64,000 nucleotides of DNA, taken from the NCBI RefSeq assembly GCF_030028105.1, contig NC_092383.1, positions 86,323,921 through 86,387,920 of the forward strand, written 5' to 3'. Positions 11,123 to 22,655 of the stretch are shown here, one piece after another. The position numbers and the translations under genes are program-made. The DNA is from Mobula birostris. Taxonomy: Eukaryota. The notes beneath the pieces were generated by a model. That model did no database searches. It was not told the DNA's origin and worked only from the letters and a program-made list of their open reading frames with translations. The first letter of the stretch is position 1; the number at the start of each line of letters is the position of its first letter.

Positions 11123-13983
11123 AAGGACGGGTTGCACTTGAATCCTAGGGGGACCAATATCCTGGCAGGGAGATTAGCGGGGGCTACTGAGGTGACTTTA
11201 AACTAGAATGGTTGGGGGGTGGGAATCAAATTAAAGAGGCTAGGCGAGAGGAGGTTAGTTCACAACAGGGGGATGGGAACCAGCGCAGAGAGACAGAGGG
11301 GTGTAAAGTGAGGGTAGAAGCAAAAAGTACTATGGAGAAAAGTAAAAGTGGCAGGCCGACAAATCCAGGGCAAGCATTAAAAAGGGCCACTTTTCAGCAT
11401 AATTGTATAAGGGCTAAGAGAGTTGTAAAAGAGCGCCTGAAGGCTTTGTGTGTCAATGCAAGGAGCATTCGTAATAAAGTGGATGAATTGAAAGTGCAGA
11501 TTGTTATTAATGATTATGATATAGTTGGGATCACAGAGACATGGCTCCAGGGTGACCAGGGATGGGAGCTCAACGTTCAGGGATATTCAATATTCAGGAG
11601 GGATAGACATGAAGGAAGGGGAGGTGGGGTGGCGTTGCTGGTTAAAGAAGAGATTAACGCAATAGAAAGGAAGGACATAAGCCGGGAAGATGTGGAATCG
11701 ATATGGGTAGAGCTGCGTAACACTAAGGGGCAGATGACGCTGGTGGGAGTTGTGTACAGGCCACCTAACAGTAGTAGTGAGGTCGGAGATGGTATTAAAC
11801 AGGAAATTAGAAATGTGTGCAATAGAGGAACAGCAGTTATAATGGGTGACTTCAATCTACATGTAGATTGGGTGAACCAAATTGGTAAAGGTGCTGAGGA
11901 AGGGGATTTCTTGGAATGTATGCGGGATGGTTTTTTGAACCAACATGTTGAGGAACCAACTAGAGAGCAGGCTATTCTGGACTGGGTTTTGAGCAATGAG
12001 GAAGGGTTAATTAGCAATCTTGTCGTGAGAGGCCCCTTGGGTAAGAGTGACCATAATATGGTGGAATTCTTCATTAAGATGGAGAGTGACATAGTTAATT
12101 CAGAAACAAAGGTTCTGAACTTAAAGAGGGGTAACTTTGAAGGTATGAGACGTGAATTAGCTAAGATAGACTGGCAAATGACACTTAAAGGATTGACGGT
12201 GGATATGCAATGGCAAGCATTTAAAGGTTGCATGGATGAACTACAACAATTGTTCATCCCAGTTTGGCAAAAGAATAAATCAAGGAAGGTAGTGCACCCG
12301 TGGCTGACAAGAGAAATTAGGGATAGTATCAATTCCAAAGAAGAAGCATACAAATTAGCCAGAGAAAGTGGCTCACCTGAGGACTGGGAGAAATTCAGAG
12401 TTCAGCAGAGGAGGACAAAGGGTTTAATTAGGAAGGGGAAAAAAGATTATGAGAGAAAACTGGCAGGGAACATAAAAACGGACTGTAAAAGCTTTTATAG
12501 ATATGTAAAAAGGAAAAGACTGGTAAAGACAAATGTAGGTCCCCTGCAGACAGAAACAGGTGAATTGATTATGGGGAGCAAGGACATGGCAGACCAACTG
12601 AATAATTACTTTGGTTCTGTCTTCACTAAGGAGGACATGAATAATCTTCCAGAAATAGTAGGGGACAGAGGGTCCAGCGAGATGGAGGAACTGAGCGAAA
12701 TACATGTTAGTAGGGAAGTGGTGTTAGGTAAATTGAAGGGATTGAAGGCAGATAAATCCCCAGGGCCAGATGGTCTGCATCCCAGAGTGCTTAAGGAAGT
12801 AGCCCAAGAAATAGTGGATGCATTAGTGATAATTTTTCAAAACTAGTTAGATTCTGGACTAGTTCCTGAGGATTGGAGGGTGGCTAATGTAACTCCACTT
12901 TTTAAAAAAGGAGGGAGAGAGAAACCGGGGAATCATAGACCGGTTAGCCTAACGTCGGTAGTGGGGAAACTGCTGGAGTCAGTTATCAAGGATGTGATAA
13001 CAGCACACTTGGAAAGCGGTGAAATGATCGGACAATGTCAGCATGGATTTGTGAAAGGAAAATCATGTCTGACGAATCTCATAGAATTTTTTGAGGATGT
13101 AACTAGTAGAGTGGAAAGGGGAAAACCTGTGGATGTGGTATATTTGGATTTTCAGAAGGCTTTTGACAAGGTCCCACACAGGAGATTAGTGTGCAAACTT
13201 AAAGCACATGGTATTGGGGGTAAGGTATTGGTGTGGGTGGAGAGTTGGTTAGCAGACAGGAAGCAAAGAGTGGGAATAAACGGGACCTTTTCAGAATGGC
13301 AGGCGGTGACTAGTGGGGTACTGCAAGGCTCAGTGCTGGGACCCCAGTTGTTTACAATATATATTAATGACTTGGAGGTACTACTGCAGTTGTACAAGTC
13401 CTTGGTGAGACCCCACCTGGAGTATTGTGTGCAGTTTTGGTCCCCTAATCTGAGGAAAGACATCCTTGCCATAGAGGGAGTACAAAGAAGGTTCACCAGA
13501 TTGATTCCTGGGATGGCAGGACTTTCATATGAAGAAAGACTGGATGAACTGGGCTTGTACTCGTTGGAATTTAGGAGATTGAGGGGGGATCCGATTGAAA
13601 CGTATAAGATCCTAAAGGGATTGGACAGGCTAGATGCAGGAAGATTGTTCCCGATGTTGGGGAAGTCCAGAACGAGGGGCCACAGTTTGAGGATAAAGGG
13701 GAAGCCTTTTAGGACCGAGATTAGGAAAAACTTCTTCACACAGAGAGTGGTGAATCTGTGGAATTCTCTGCCACAGGAAGCAGTTGAGGCCAGTTCATTG
13801 GCTATATTTAAGAGGGAGTTAGATATGGCCCTTGTGGCTACGGGGGTCAGGGGATATGGAGGGAAGTCTGGGGCGGGGTTCTGAGTTGGATGATCAGCCA
13901 TGAGCATAATACATGGCGGTGCAGGATCGAAGGGCCGAATGGCCTACTCCTGCACCTATTTTCTATGTTTCTATGTTTCTATG
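11123..13983 (+). mobile_element. Young CR1 LINE, 5'-truncated (ORF1 end + ORF2 APE-RT), defective
   Basis: ORFs 11212..12846 (APE) and 12880..13884 (RT); (tttctatg)n tail; 7-bp TSD TTTACAA (11116-11122 / 13984-13990); stop at about 12844 and internal deletion at 13374. Confidence 0.95.
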
Positions 13984-14460
13984 TTTACAACCTGATCTGC
14001 CCTCTAGGTTTCCTCATCCACAACCTGTGGCAAATCCTGTTTTTGTCTCTCCTTTGACTCTATTTCTTTTTGGCCTTCCTTTCATCGATCTGGTCTTTGG
14101 TCTTTGGTCTTTGCATCTACTTTTACAAGCAATTTTTTCTCCTACTTGACATTCCTGCAACAACCATAAAACACACAGAGTAGGTTTCAGTTCTTTACAG
14201 GCACAAAAGCCAAATGCTTGCAACTTTCCTGAAGATCCTTAAACTCTCCTCCAGCTTAAAACCAAGCCACATTTCACAAGTATCTGACTGATTAACTTAT
14301 CAGAAGCTTTCTCAGACATGTTGCCTATAAAAACTGTTGTAGTCCAACTAGTGCTTTCATCATTTTCACTCTTCCTCTGAGCAGCGTGGCCCTTCCTTAC
14401 AGGAATATGCTTTCCAATCAGAGGCATAGAAGTTGGAACCAACACATGTTTGTTCTCAGT
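13984..14460 (-). pseudogene. RBM25: RBM25 retrocopy fragment (RRM region), intronless
   Basis: TTTVFIGNMSEKASDKLISQILVKCGLVLSWRRV*GSSGKLQAFGFC...GEK(fs)LLVKVDAKTK...DEET matches RBM25 TTTVFVGNISEKASDMLIRQLLAKCGLVLSWKRVQGASGKLQAFGFCEYKE...KVDAKTK; one stop, one frameshift. Confidence 0.9.
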
Positions 14461-14489
14461 TAGGCAATGGTTTATGATGTATGTCAAAG

Positions 14490-14955
14490 AGGCAGTCGTG
14501 GCATTATCTAGTACCTTTCTTAATTTGGTTTCAGTCGGCTTCATTGCAAGGGATGTGGCATGCAATTGGTGGATGGATCTCCAATCGAGTAGCAGTTGTC
14601 TCAGCAAATGAAGTCCCCACAATGCTGGTCCTTCTGTTTTTACCACATACAAGCTCAATGTGGCTCACAGTTCTGCATGTCATTCCCACAGGAGTTATCC
14701 TTTTACCAGTGTAAGTTCTCAGTTGAATATTTGCAGGCTTCACTTTGGTATCTTTCAAATGCTGTTTAAACTCATTTTGTGGGATGACTGAAACAGCTGA
14801 ACTAGTGCCTAATTCCATTTTACTAATTTGTCGTTTACTCCTGGTGTAAGCCACATTGCTTGTTTGTTGTTAATTTTCATACAGTAAAGCTCAAGGCTAC
14901 ACAGTCCTGTGTCACTCTCATCATAATCAGATTTTTCATCTACAGCATGCAGATT
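14490..14955 (-). mobile_element. Gypsy aspartyl protease region (decayed)
   Basis: MELGTSSAVSVIP...QLRTYTG...LYVVKTEGPALWG; catalytic DTG degraded to GTS. Confidence 0.85.
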
Positions 14956-14956
14956 T

Positions 14957-16416
14957 GAAACATAGAAAATAGGTGCAGGAGTAGGCCATTCGGCCCTTCG
15001 AGCCTGCACCGCCATTTATTATGATCATGGCTGATCATCCAACTCAGAACCCTGCACCAGCCTTCCCTCCATACCCTCTGATCCCCCTAGCCACAAGGGC
15101 CATATCTAACTCCCTCTTAAATATAGCCAATGAACTGGCCTCAACTGTTTCCTGTGGCAGAGAATTCCACAGATTCACCACTCTCTGTGTGAAGAAGTTT
15201 TTCCTAATCTCAGTCCTAAAAGGCTTCCCCTTTATCCTCAAACTGTGACCCCTCGTTCTGGACTTCCCCAGCATCGGGAACAATCTTCTTGCATTTAGCC
15301 TGTCCAATCCCTTTAGGATTTTATACGTTTCAATCAGATCCCCCCTCAATCTTCTAAATTTCAACGAGTACAAGCCTAGTTCATCCAGTCTTTCTTCATA
15401 TGAAAGTCCTGCCATCCCAGGGATCAATCTGGTGAACCTTCTTTGTACTCCCTCTATGGCAAGGATGTCTTTCCTCAGATTAGGGGACCAAAACTGCACA
15501 CAATACTCCAGGTGTGGTCTCAGCAAGGCCTTGCACAACTGCAGTAGTACCTCCCTGCTCCTGTACTCGAATCCTCTCCCTATAAATGCCAGCATACCAT
15601 TCGCCTTTTTCACCGCCTGCTGTACCTGCATGCCCACTTTCAATGACTGGTGTATAATGACACCCAGGTCTCGTTGCACCTCCCCTTTTCCTAATCGGCC
15701 ACCATTCAGATAATAATCTGTTTTCCTATTTTTGCCACCAAAGTGGATAACTTCACATTTATCCACATTAAATTGAATCTGCCATGAATTTGCCCACTCA
15801 CCCAACCTATCCAAGTCACCCTGCATCCTCTTAGCATCCTCCCCTCCTCACAGCTAACACTGCCGCTCAGCTTCGTGTCATCCGCAAACTTGGAGATGCT
15901 GCATTTAATTCCCTCATCCAAGTCATTAATATATATTGTAAACAACTGGGGTCCCAGCACTGAGCCTTGCAGTACCCCACTAGTCACCGCCTGCCATTCT
16001 GAAAAGGTCCCGTTTATTCCCACTCTTTGCTTCCTGTCTGCTAACCAATTCTCTATCCACATCAATACCTTACCCCCAATACCATGTGCTTTAAGTTTGC
16101 ACACTAATCTCCTGTGTGGGACCTTGTCAAAAGCCTTTTGAAAATCCAAATATACCACATCCACTGGTTCTCCCCTATCCACTCTACTAGTTACATCCTC
16201 AAAAAATTCTGAGATTCGTCAGACATGATTTTCCTTTCACAAATCCATGCTGACGTTGTCCGATGATTTCACCACTTTCCAAATGTGCTGTTATCACATC
16301 TTTGATAACTGACTCCAGCAGTTTCCCCACCACCGACGTTAGCCTAACTGGTCTATAATTCCCTGGTTTCTCTCTCCCTTTTTTTTTTTAAAAAGTGGGG
16401 TTACATTAGCCACCCT
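14957..16416 (-). mobile_element. Young CR1 LINE, 5'-truncated RT portion
   Basis: ORFs 15044..15826 and 15706..16182 ([25 protein letters not shown]); same subfamily as 11123-13983. Confidence 0.95.
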
Positions 16417-16561
16417 TAGTGCTTTTTCGAAGCTGCAAGTTGACTTTTTAGCTTTTTTGCTTCCTAGTACCATGCATTTATTTTTGTCTGGCTGGCAAGT
16501 TCTTTGTATGTGTCCTACTTTGTTGCACTTTCTGCAAGTTTCAGCTTTAAACCTGTATTTG

Positions 16562-17340
16562 TGTCACAATGGGGTGCTGGGAATGGACCCAAATACAAAA
16601 AACAGACACTGAAGTACAAGGAACAGGACTTGACTAGAGTAGGGACGTGACAGGATACAGACAAGGAGCAGGGACAAGAACGCAGACTAGGGCTTGGATC
16701 CCAAGCCAGAGACTGGACAAGGACCCAAAACCTGGGTCTTGTCTCGGGCTCGGGCCCCAGAACCAGGCATGGACATGACATGACTGCAGGACTGGAGGTT
16801 GGGGTCTTGAGGCTTGAGGCTTGGAGACAAGCTAGGGGTCTTGAGGCTGGAGGCTTGGAGACAGGCTAGGGGTCTTGGTCTTGAGGCTTGGAGACAGGCT
16901 TTGGGTCTTGAGGCTTGGAGACAGGCTTGGGGTCTTGGTCTTGAGGCTTGGAGACAGGCTTGGAGTCTTGGTCTTGAGGCTTGGAGACAGGCTTGGGGTC
17001 TTGGTCTTGAGGCTTGGAGACAGGCTTGGAGTCTTGGTCTTGAGGCTTGGAGACAGGCTTGGGGTGCTGGTCTTGAGGTTTGGGGTCTTGGTCTTGAAGT
17101 GAGCAGGCAGAGAGTCAGGCAAGGTATCCAGGCAGAGAGTCAGGCAAGGGGGAAAAGACAGGGAGGGGAGCAGGACAGTCCAGCAGGGAATTCCTGGTTT
17201 GTAGAAGTATTTATGTCTCAGCCCCAAAACGAGAAACATGTGACCCAAACAGAAACTGGGGAAAATCAGAAACCCTGGAACGAGGAACCATGGACCGGAC
17301 CGTGAACCGGAACACGGACTTTACGGACCGGACTATGACA
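16562..17340. mobile_element. Solo LTR inserted in Gypsy gag
   Basis: TGTCA...TGACA termini, 5-bp TSD ATTTG; the uninterrupted gag sequence is visible at about 63880-63990. Confidence 0.85.
16808..17090. repeat. Tandem array of about 33 bp (ggtcttgaggcttggagacaggcttggggtctt) inside the solo LTR
   Basis: About 8 near-identical units directly visible. Confidence 0.9.
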
Positions 17341-18333
17341 ATTTGTTTGGTGAACGTGAGCCCCTGACACAATGGTAACACAATTTGTTCAGCCAGGCCA
17401 GTTTATGTTTGGACAATGTAATTTGTCTACACTCACTTTCATTCCTGATTGCAATTTAATTGTATCTCTGTGTGTGGTTTCCATTGAAACAGCAATTTTA
17501 CCTGCTCTCTTGAATGTAAGTTGTGCTACAGTTAGGAGTCATTTGTGAATGCTTTCTTGAAAGATTCCACAAAATAAATAATCTCTCAGTACATCTTTAA
17601 GCCTATTGTTGAGGTGACAATGGTCAGGCAATCTCTTCAATTCAGCCATGAACACTGAAGTGGGCTCCCCTTCTTTTAGATTCTGCTTATGAAACCTAAA
17701 GCTTTCTGCAACAAACAGTGGCATTGTTTCTAAATGTTCTTGAGAATATTAGCAAAGCTAATTTCTGCTGGTTTGTTTGGAGCAGTCAAACTCTGAAGCA
17801 AACTATATGCCTTTAAAGGCAAAGTACTTGGAAAAATTTGCACTCATTTCTTGATGTCTATTACATTTTCTTCAAGCTAGTGTTGAATTAGCTCAGTATA
17901 CATATTCCCCTGCCATGTACATGATTTCCCAATATGTCTGAGCGGCGTGGAGGGAAATTTTCCGCCAAATGGAAATTCCAGATGCGACCTAACAACGACG
18001 ATACACATTCCAATTATCTGCTATGGAATCAGACAAGCCAATCTTTCTGATGTAGCCATCTGTGTCTGCTGTTTTAAATGATGATTATCGCCCAGTACTC
18101 ACTCTTTACGAATGGATGAATTCTTCTGATATCTGACTTTTTTAATACTTGATCGTGTTCTCCCTTCAGAAGAACATGTGCTGTGCTGTTTTTTAATTAA
18201 ACTTGACCATCTTTCTATGTGCTGGGCTACGATTTTTTTAACTTGCAGTGTTTTTTTTTAGTTCAAATATTTCTCTGCGTTTCAACAGGTTGACAGCTAC
18301 CTAACATTCATTTTAAAGATACGTCATCGCCAA

Positions 18334-18520
18334 TGTATGTTTTGTAACTTCAAAACATCAAACTAATTCAAAAGGAAATACGGGAGTCGGGGAATATTCT
18401 TCACTTCATTCTTCACTTCAAGTGAGGCATGTATGTATCATGTAAATTAAATATATCTTCATTCTAGCTCATATTTATACATGTAACCCATAATTTATTA
18501 TTTTCACACACACACAAACA
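18334..18520 (-). repeat. 5' LTR of the Gypsy element (outer end uncertain)
   Basis: Homologous to 10308 onward; adjacent PBS-like sequence on the gag side. Confidence 0.6.
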
Positions 18521-19638
18521 CACAAGATGACTCATATAGAACCGAAATATTAAATACAGCTTCCACTAGTAGGGGAGCCAAGGACAAAAGGGCAGTCTCA
18601 GAATGGACGGACATCCCTTCAGAACAGAAATAAGGAGGAATATCCTTCATCAGAGGTGGTGAATCTGTGGAATTCATTATTACAGATGGCTGTGGAGACC
18701 AAGTCATTGGGTATATTCATTAGTGAGGGCATTAAAGCTTACAGGGAGAAGGCAGGAGAATAGAGTTTACTGGGATAATATATCAGCTATGATAGAATGC
18801 CGAAGCAAACTTTACGGGCCAAATGGCCTTACCCTGCTCCTGTGTTTATGGCCCTATGGTCTTGATTCCATCAAGAAAATCCAGGAACCTGAATGTGATC
18901 TGTTCACCATGTTTGAATTTTCATTCTCAACTAAGCCAAGAGGATAAATTAGTTATTAGCATCAACAATTTGTTAATAAGAATATTAGCTGATTGTTTAT
19001 TAATTATTGAAACATACAACAACAACCTCAGGCATTTGAGTCCATAGAACAGCATTTAATAGAGTAAACTGGTCTTAAGCAGTTCACAGCCATGACAGGG
19101 TTAAAAATCGTTGCTTGCGCAATGAAAAGAAAACATTGTGAAAAGGTGCCATACAGTTGAGATCTGTGAAGGTGACATGTTGGAAATGGAATGCTAAAAA
19201 AAGTCAAAGTCCTTACGTATGGTAACATTATTTTTTCACCTTCATGAAGTTGTTAATGAATGACAAGAGAGGTTAATTCTCCACAGATGTTAAATTTGTC
19301 TATATTCTGAAAAAGTATGACTATTTCATCTTGGTGTGAAATTCCAGCAGAATCTGTGTGATCCAGAAGCCTTCACTTTACCTTATAGACCAGTCTGGGA
19401 GGATCTGATTCATCGCGTCTCTGCAAAAGGAAATGGTCAAATCATCAGACTCATCAACACTGGGAACTCTGTTTTAGAGTTGTATCTGGAGCTTGGACTC
19501 CAATATATTCACATCAAGCATTCTGCACACATAGTATGTCAACATCTTGTCAATATCATCTGCAAATAGCTTTGGATTGACCATCCTCAAATGATCAGTA
19601 TATTTGAGTGCAAATTCTATTGTTTTCCATAAGCCTAC

Positions 19639-19726
19639 CTTGGTTTCCCTTGTGAACCACGTGACCGAAATAGTGCAGATCAGGAAAGCGAAGAGCAGCC
19701 AACAACCAACCTTCCATATCATGAAA
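19639..19726 (-). CDS. Transmembrane exon of the Ig receptor
   Basis: ccctttacgcag| acceptor (phase 2), AAG|gtaggc donor; FMIWKVGCWLLFAFLICTISVTWFTRETK hydrophobic helix followed by basic residues. Confidence 0.7.
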
Positions 19727-20602
19727 CTGCGTAAAGGGGAAGAGTAACAGAACTGATGAGATACAGAAACGAGATGGCTTTGTGTTTGAAATATTTACCT
19801 CCTGTTTCCTCTGTAACATTAGTGGAGTGGGGTGAGGTAAATAAGCAGAGCTGGAGGAGTAAATAATGTTGACTGAATGAAAGGGAGAAAAACATCATCA
19901 GTTGGAATAAAACCATATTTTCTCGAGGCAATGGCAACATCTTGCAATGCAGTCATTCACTGATACTATTATGGTTGTTGGAATTACAGTAGATCCGCTA
20001 GAAAATGAATCTCAGGGTTGTATAATAAATTTACCTTGATAATAAATTTACTTCGAGCTTTGAAATCTTTTCTGCACTACATCCAGTTGAATAACAATTC
20101 CCTTTTTTAACAGAGTACCAGATTCTCTACTCTGACTAATACCAGAAACCTTCTTCACTATAGTGACTCCACTTTCAAGGAACCATGTACCTGAATTCCA
20201 AGATCCCATTGTTCTTTAACACTTCCCAGGGCCCAACCAATCACTTCGAAAGTCTTACTTGATTTGTCTTTTGAAAATGCAAGACTTTGCACAATTCTGA
20301 ATTAAACTCCATTTGCTATTCCTCAGCCCAAAAACTCAGCTCATCAAGATCCTCTGTAATTCTTCAAAATCCTTTTCACCAGGGACATGAGATGTACAGG
20401 TTGGAAAGGTGACAGCAAACTTGTCCATTCTCAGAGGTGAATGAAACTAGATGACATGGATTTAGATTTGAAGCGATTGTTTTCACCCAGAGAGTGGTGG
20501 AAAAAGTGTCACAGTCAATGTTTGTGGAGTGTCTGAATGAGATCTCAAGTCACATCTCCATGGTAGGCTTTGGACCTTGTTCTGGAAGATAGGGTTTAGA
20601 TA

Positions 20603-20997
20603 CATTACTGTGCAAAATACAGGTGCATTTAAAAGAATTCTGTAAAGAGACGATGCTTTCAAAAGTAATGAAATGAAAAATATTTAAATATTTAAAAATA
20701 TTATAATGTGCATTAAGCAGCAATAAACTAAATCAAATCAAAGTTGGGTGTCACCACACTTTTCCTTTAAAACTACTTCAATTCTTTCGGGTACCCTGTC
20801 ATGCAGTTTTATAAGAAAATCATCTGCTAGGTTGTTCCAAGTGTCTTGGAGAACTTGCCACATTTCTTTTTCAGACCTTGGCTTCTGCTTCTCCAAGCAA
20901 TCACAGACAGCCTCGGTGTTGTGATCAGGACTCTGGAGATGATACCACCTGAAACTAAATAAGAATCGAAGGTGCCTAAGGCATTTGCAGTATACTG
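20603..20997 (-). mobile_element. Internally deleted Tc1 transposon
   Basis: ORF 20738..21082 QSPDHNTEAV...WQVLQDTWNNL...RIEVVLKEKCGDT equals the Tc1 transposase C-terminus; TIRs and TA flanks. Confidence 0.85.
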
Positions 20998-21234
20998 TAG
21001 ATGGATGTGCAATGGAAATCCACATGGTCTTTGTCTGTGTTGTACGACTCTGGGACCAGATGAACCTGTTACACAACAGCATTATCTGAACCCTGAAGCT
21101 TAAAGTTCAAAGTGGATTTATTACCAAAATACATATCTGTCATCATATACAACCCTGAGATTCAATTTTTTGTGGGCATACTCAGTAAATCTATAGATTA
21201 ATAACCACAACAGAATGAACAGAATGACCACAAC

Positions 21235-22655
21235 AGAACAAAGGTTCTGAACTTAAAGAGGGGTAACTTTGAAGGTATGAGACGTGAATTAGCTAAGTTA
21301 GACTGGCAAATGACACTTAAAGGATTGACGGTGGATATGCAATGGCAAGCATTTAAAGGTTGCATGGATGAACTACAACAATTGTTCATCCCAGTTTGGC
21401 AAAAGAATAAATCAAGGAAGGTAGTGCACCCGTGGCTGACAAGAGAAATTAGGGATAGTATCAATTCCAAAGAAGAAGCATACAAATTAGCCAGAGAAAG
21501 TGGCTCACCTGAGGACTGGGAGAAATTCAGAGTTCAGCAGAGGAGGACAAAGGGCTTAATTAGGAAGGGGAAAAAAGATTATGAGAGAAAACTGGCAGGG
21601 AACATAAAAACGGACTGTAAAAGCTTTTATAGATATGTAAAAAGGAAAAGACTGGTAAAGACAAATGTAGGTTCCCTACAGACAGAAACAGGTGAATTGA
21701 TTATGGGGAGCAAGGACATGGCAGACCAATTGAATAATTACTTTGGTTCTGTCTTCACTAAGGAGGACATAAATAATCTTCCAGAAATAGTAGGGGACAG
21801 AGGGTCCAGTGAGATGGAGGAACTGAGCGAAATACATGTTACTAGGGAAGTGGTGTTAGGTAAATTGAAGGGATTGTAGGCAGATAAATCCCCAGGGCCA
21901 GATGGTCTGCATCCTATAGTGCTTAAGGAAGTAGCCCAAGAAATAGTGGATGCATTAGTGATAATTTTTCAAAACTCGTTAGATTCTGGACTAGTTCCTG
22001 AGAGTTGGAGGGTGGCTAATGTAACCCCACTTTTTAAAAAAGGAGGGAGAGAGAAACCGGGGAATTATAGAACGGTTAGCCTAACGTCGGTGGTGGGGAA
22101 ACTGCTGGAGTCAGTTATCAAAGATGTGATAACAGCACATTTGGAAAGTGGTGAAATGATCGGACAAAGTCAGCATGGATTTGTGAAAGGAAAATCATGT
22201 CTGACGAATCTCATAGAATTTTTTGAGGATGTAACTAGTAGAGTGGATAGGGGAGAACCAGTGGATGTGGTATATTTGGATTTTCAAAAGGCTTTTGACA
22301 AGGTCCCACACAGGAGATTAGTGTGCAAACTTAAAGCACACGGTATTGGGGGTAAGGTATTGATGTGGATGGAGAATTGGTTAGCAGACAGGAAGCAAAG
22401 AGTGGGAATAAACGGGACCTTTTCAGAATGGCAGGCGGTGACTAGTGGCATACCGCAAGGCTCAGTGCTGGAACCCCAGTTGTTTACAATATATATTAAT
22501 GACTTGGATGAGGGAATTAAATGCAGCATCTCCAAGTTTGCAGATGACACGAAGCTGGGTGGCAGTGTTAGCTGTGAGGAGGATGCTAAGAGGATGCAGA
22601 GTGACTTGGATAGGTTGGGTGAGTGGGCAAATTCATGGCAGATGTAATTTAATGT
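21235..22655 (+). mobile_element. Young CR1 LINE internal fragment (5' and 3' truncated)
   Basis: ORFs 21277..21879 and 21919..22647 near identical to 12100-13370; no 3' tail. Confidence 0.95.

Larger units (their letters stand above)
10308..18520 (-). mobile_element. Gypsy/Ty3 LTR retrotransposon, pol core replaced by RBM25 mRNA, with nested insertions
   Basis: Two homologous LTRs (10308-10788, 18334-about 18520); PBS-like TGGCGATGACG at 18321-18332; purine-rich tract at 10789-10803; gag (ORF 17539..17724 ESFRFHKQNLKEGE...VLRDYLFCGI), protease (ORF 14531..14854), integrase-tail sequence 10870-11035; TSD not found. Confidence 0.8.

Noticed and set aside
11577-16141. Long antisense ORFs (11577..12353, 13152..13907, 15875..16141; also 41335..41868)
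   Set aside because: Shadow frames opposite CR1 coding sequence
16808-17090. CRISPR-like array
   Set aside because: No unique spacers, eukaryotic context, no cas genes
16814-17305. Repetitive ORFs (LEAWRQAWGLG)n and (SLSPSLKTKTP)n
   Set aside because: Artefacts of a stop-free 33-bp tandem array inside a solo LTR
19080-19250. Candidate cytoplasmic exons (VKK* or LHEGEKIMLPY with gtaagg donor; MILTRC* at about 19565)
   Set aside because: Acceptors are weak or ambiguous and there is no paralogue in the window to confirm them
19799-19850. Extra stalk mini-exon (SPHSTNVTEETG) just upstream of the TM exon
   Set aside because: Phases do not fit without a 46-nt intron or an internal stop; unresolved without cDNA
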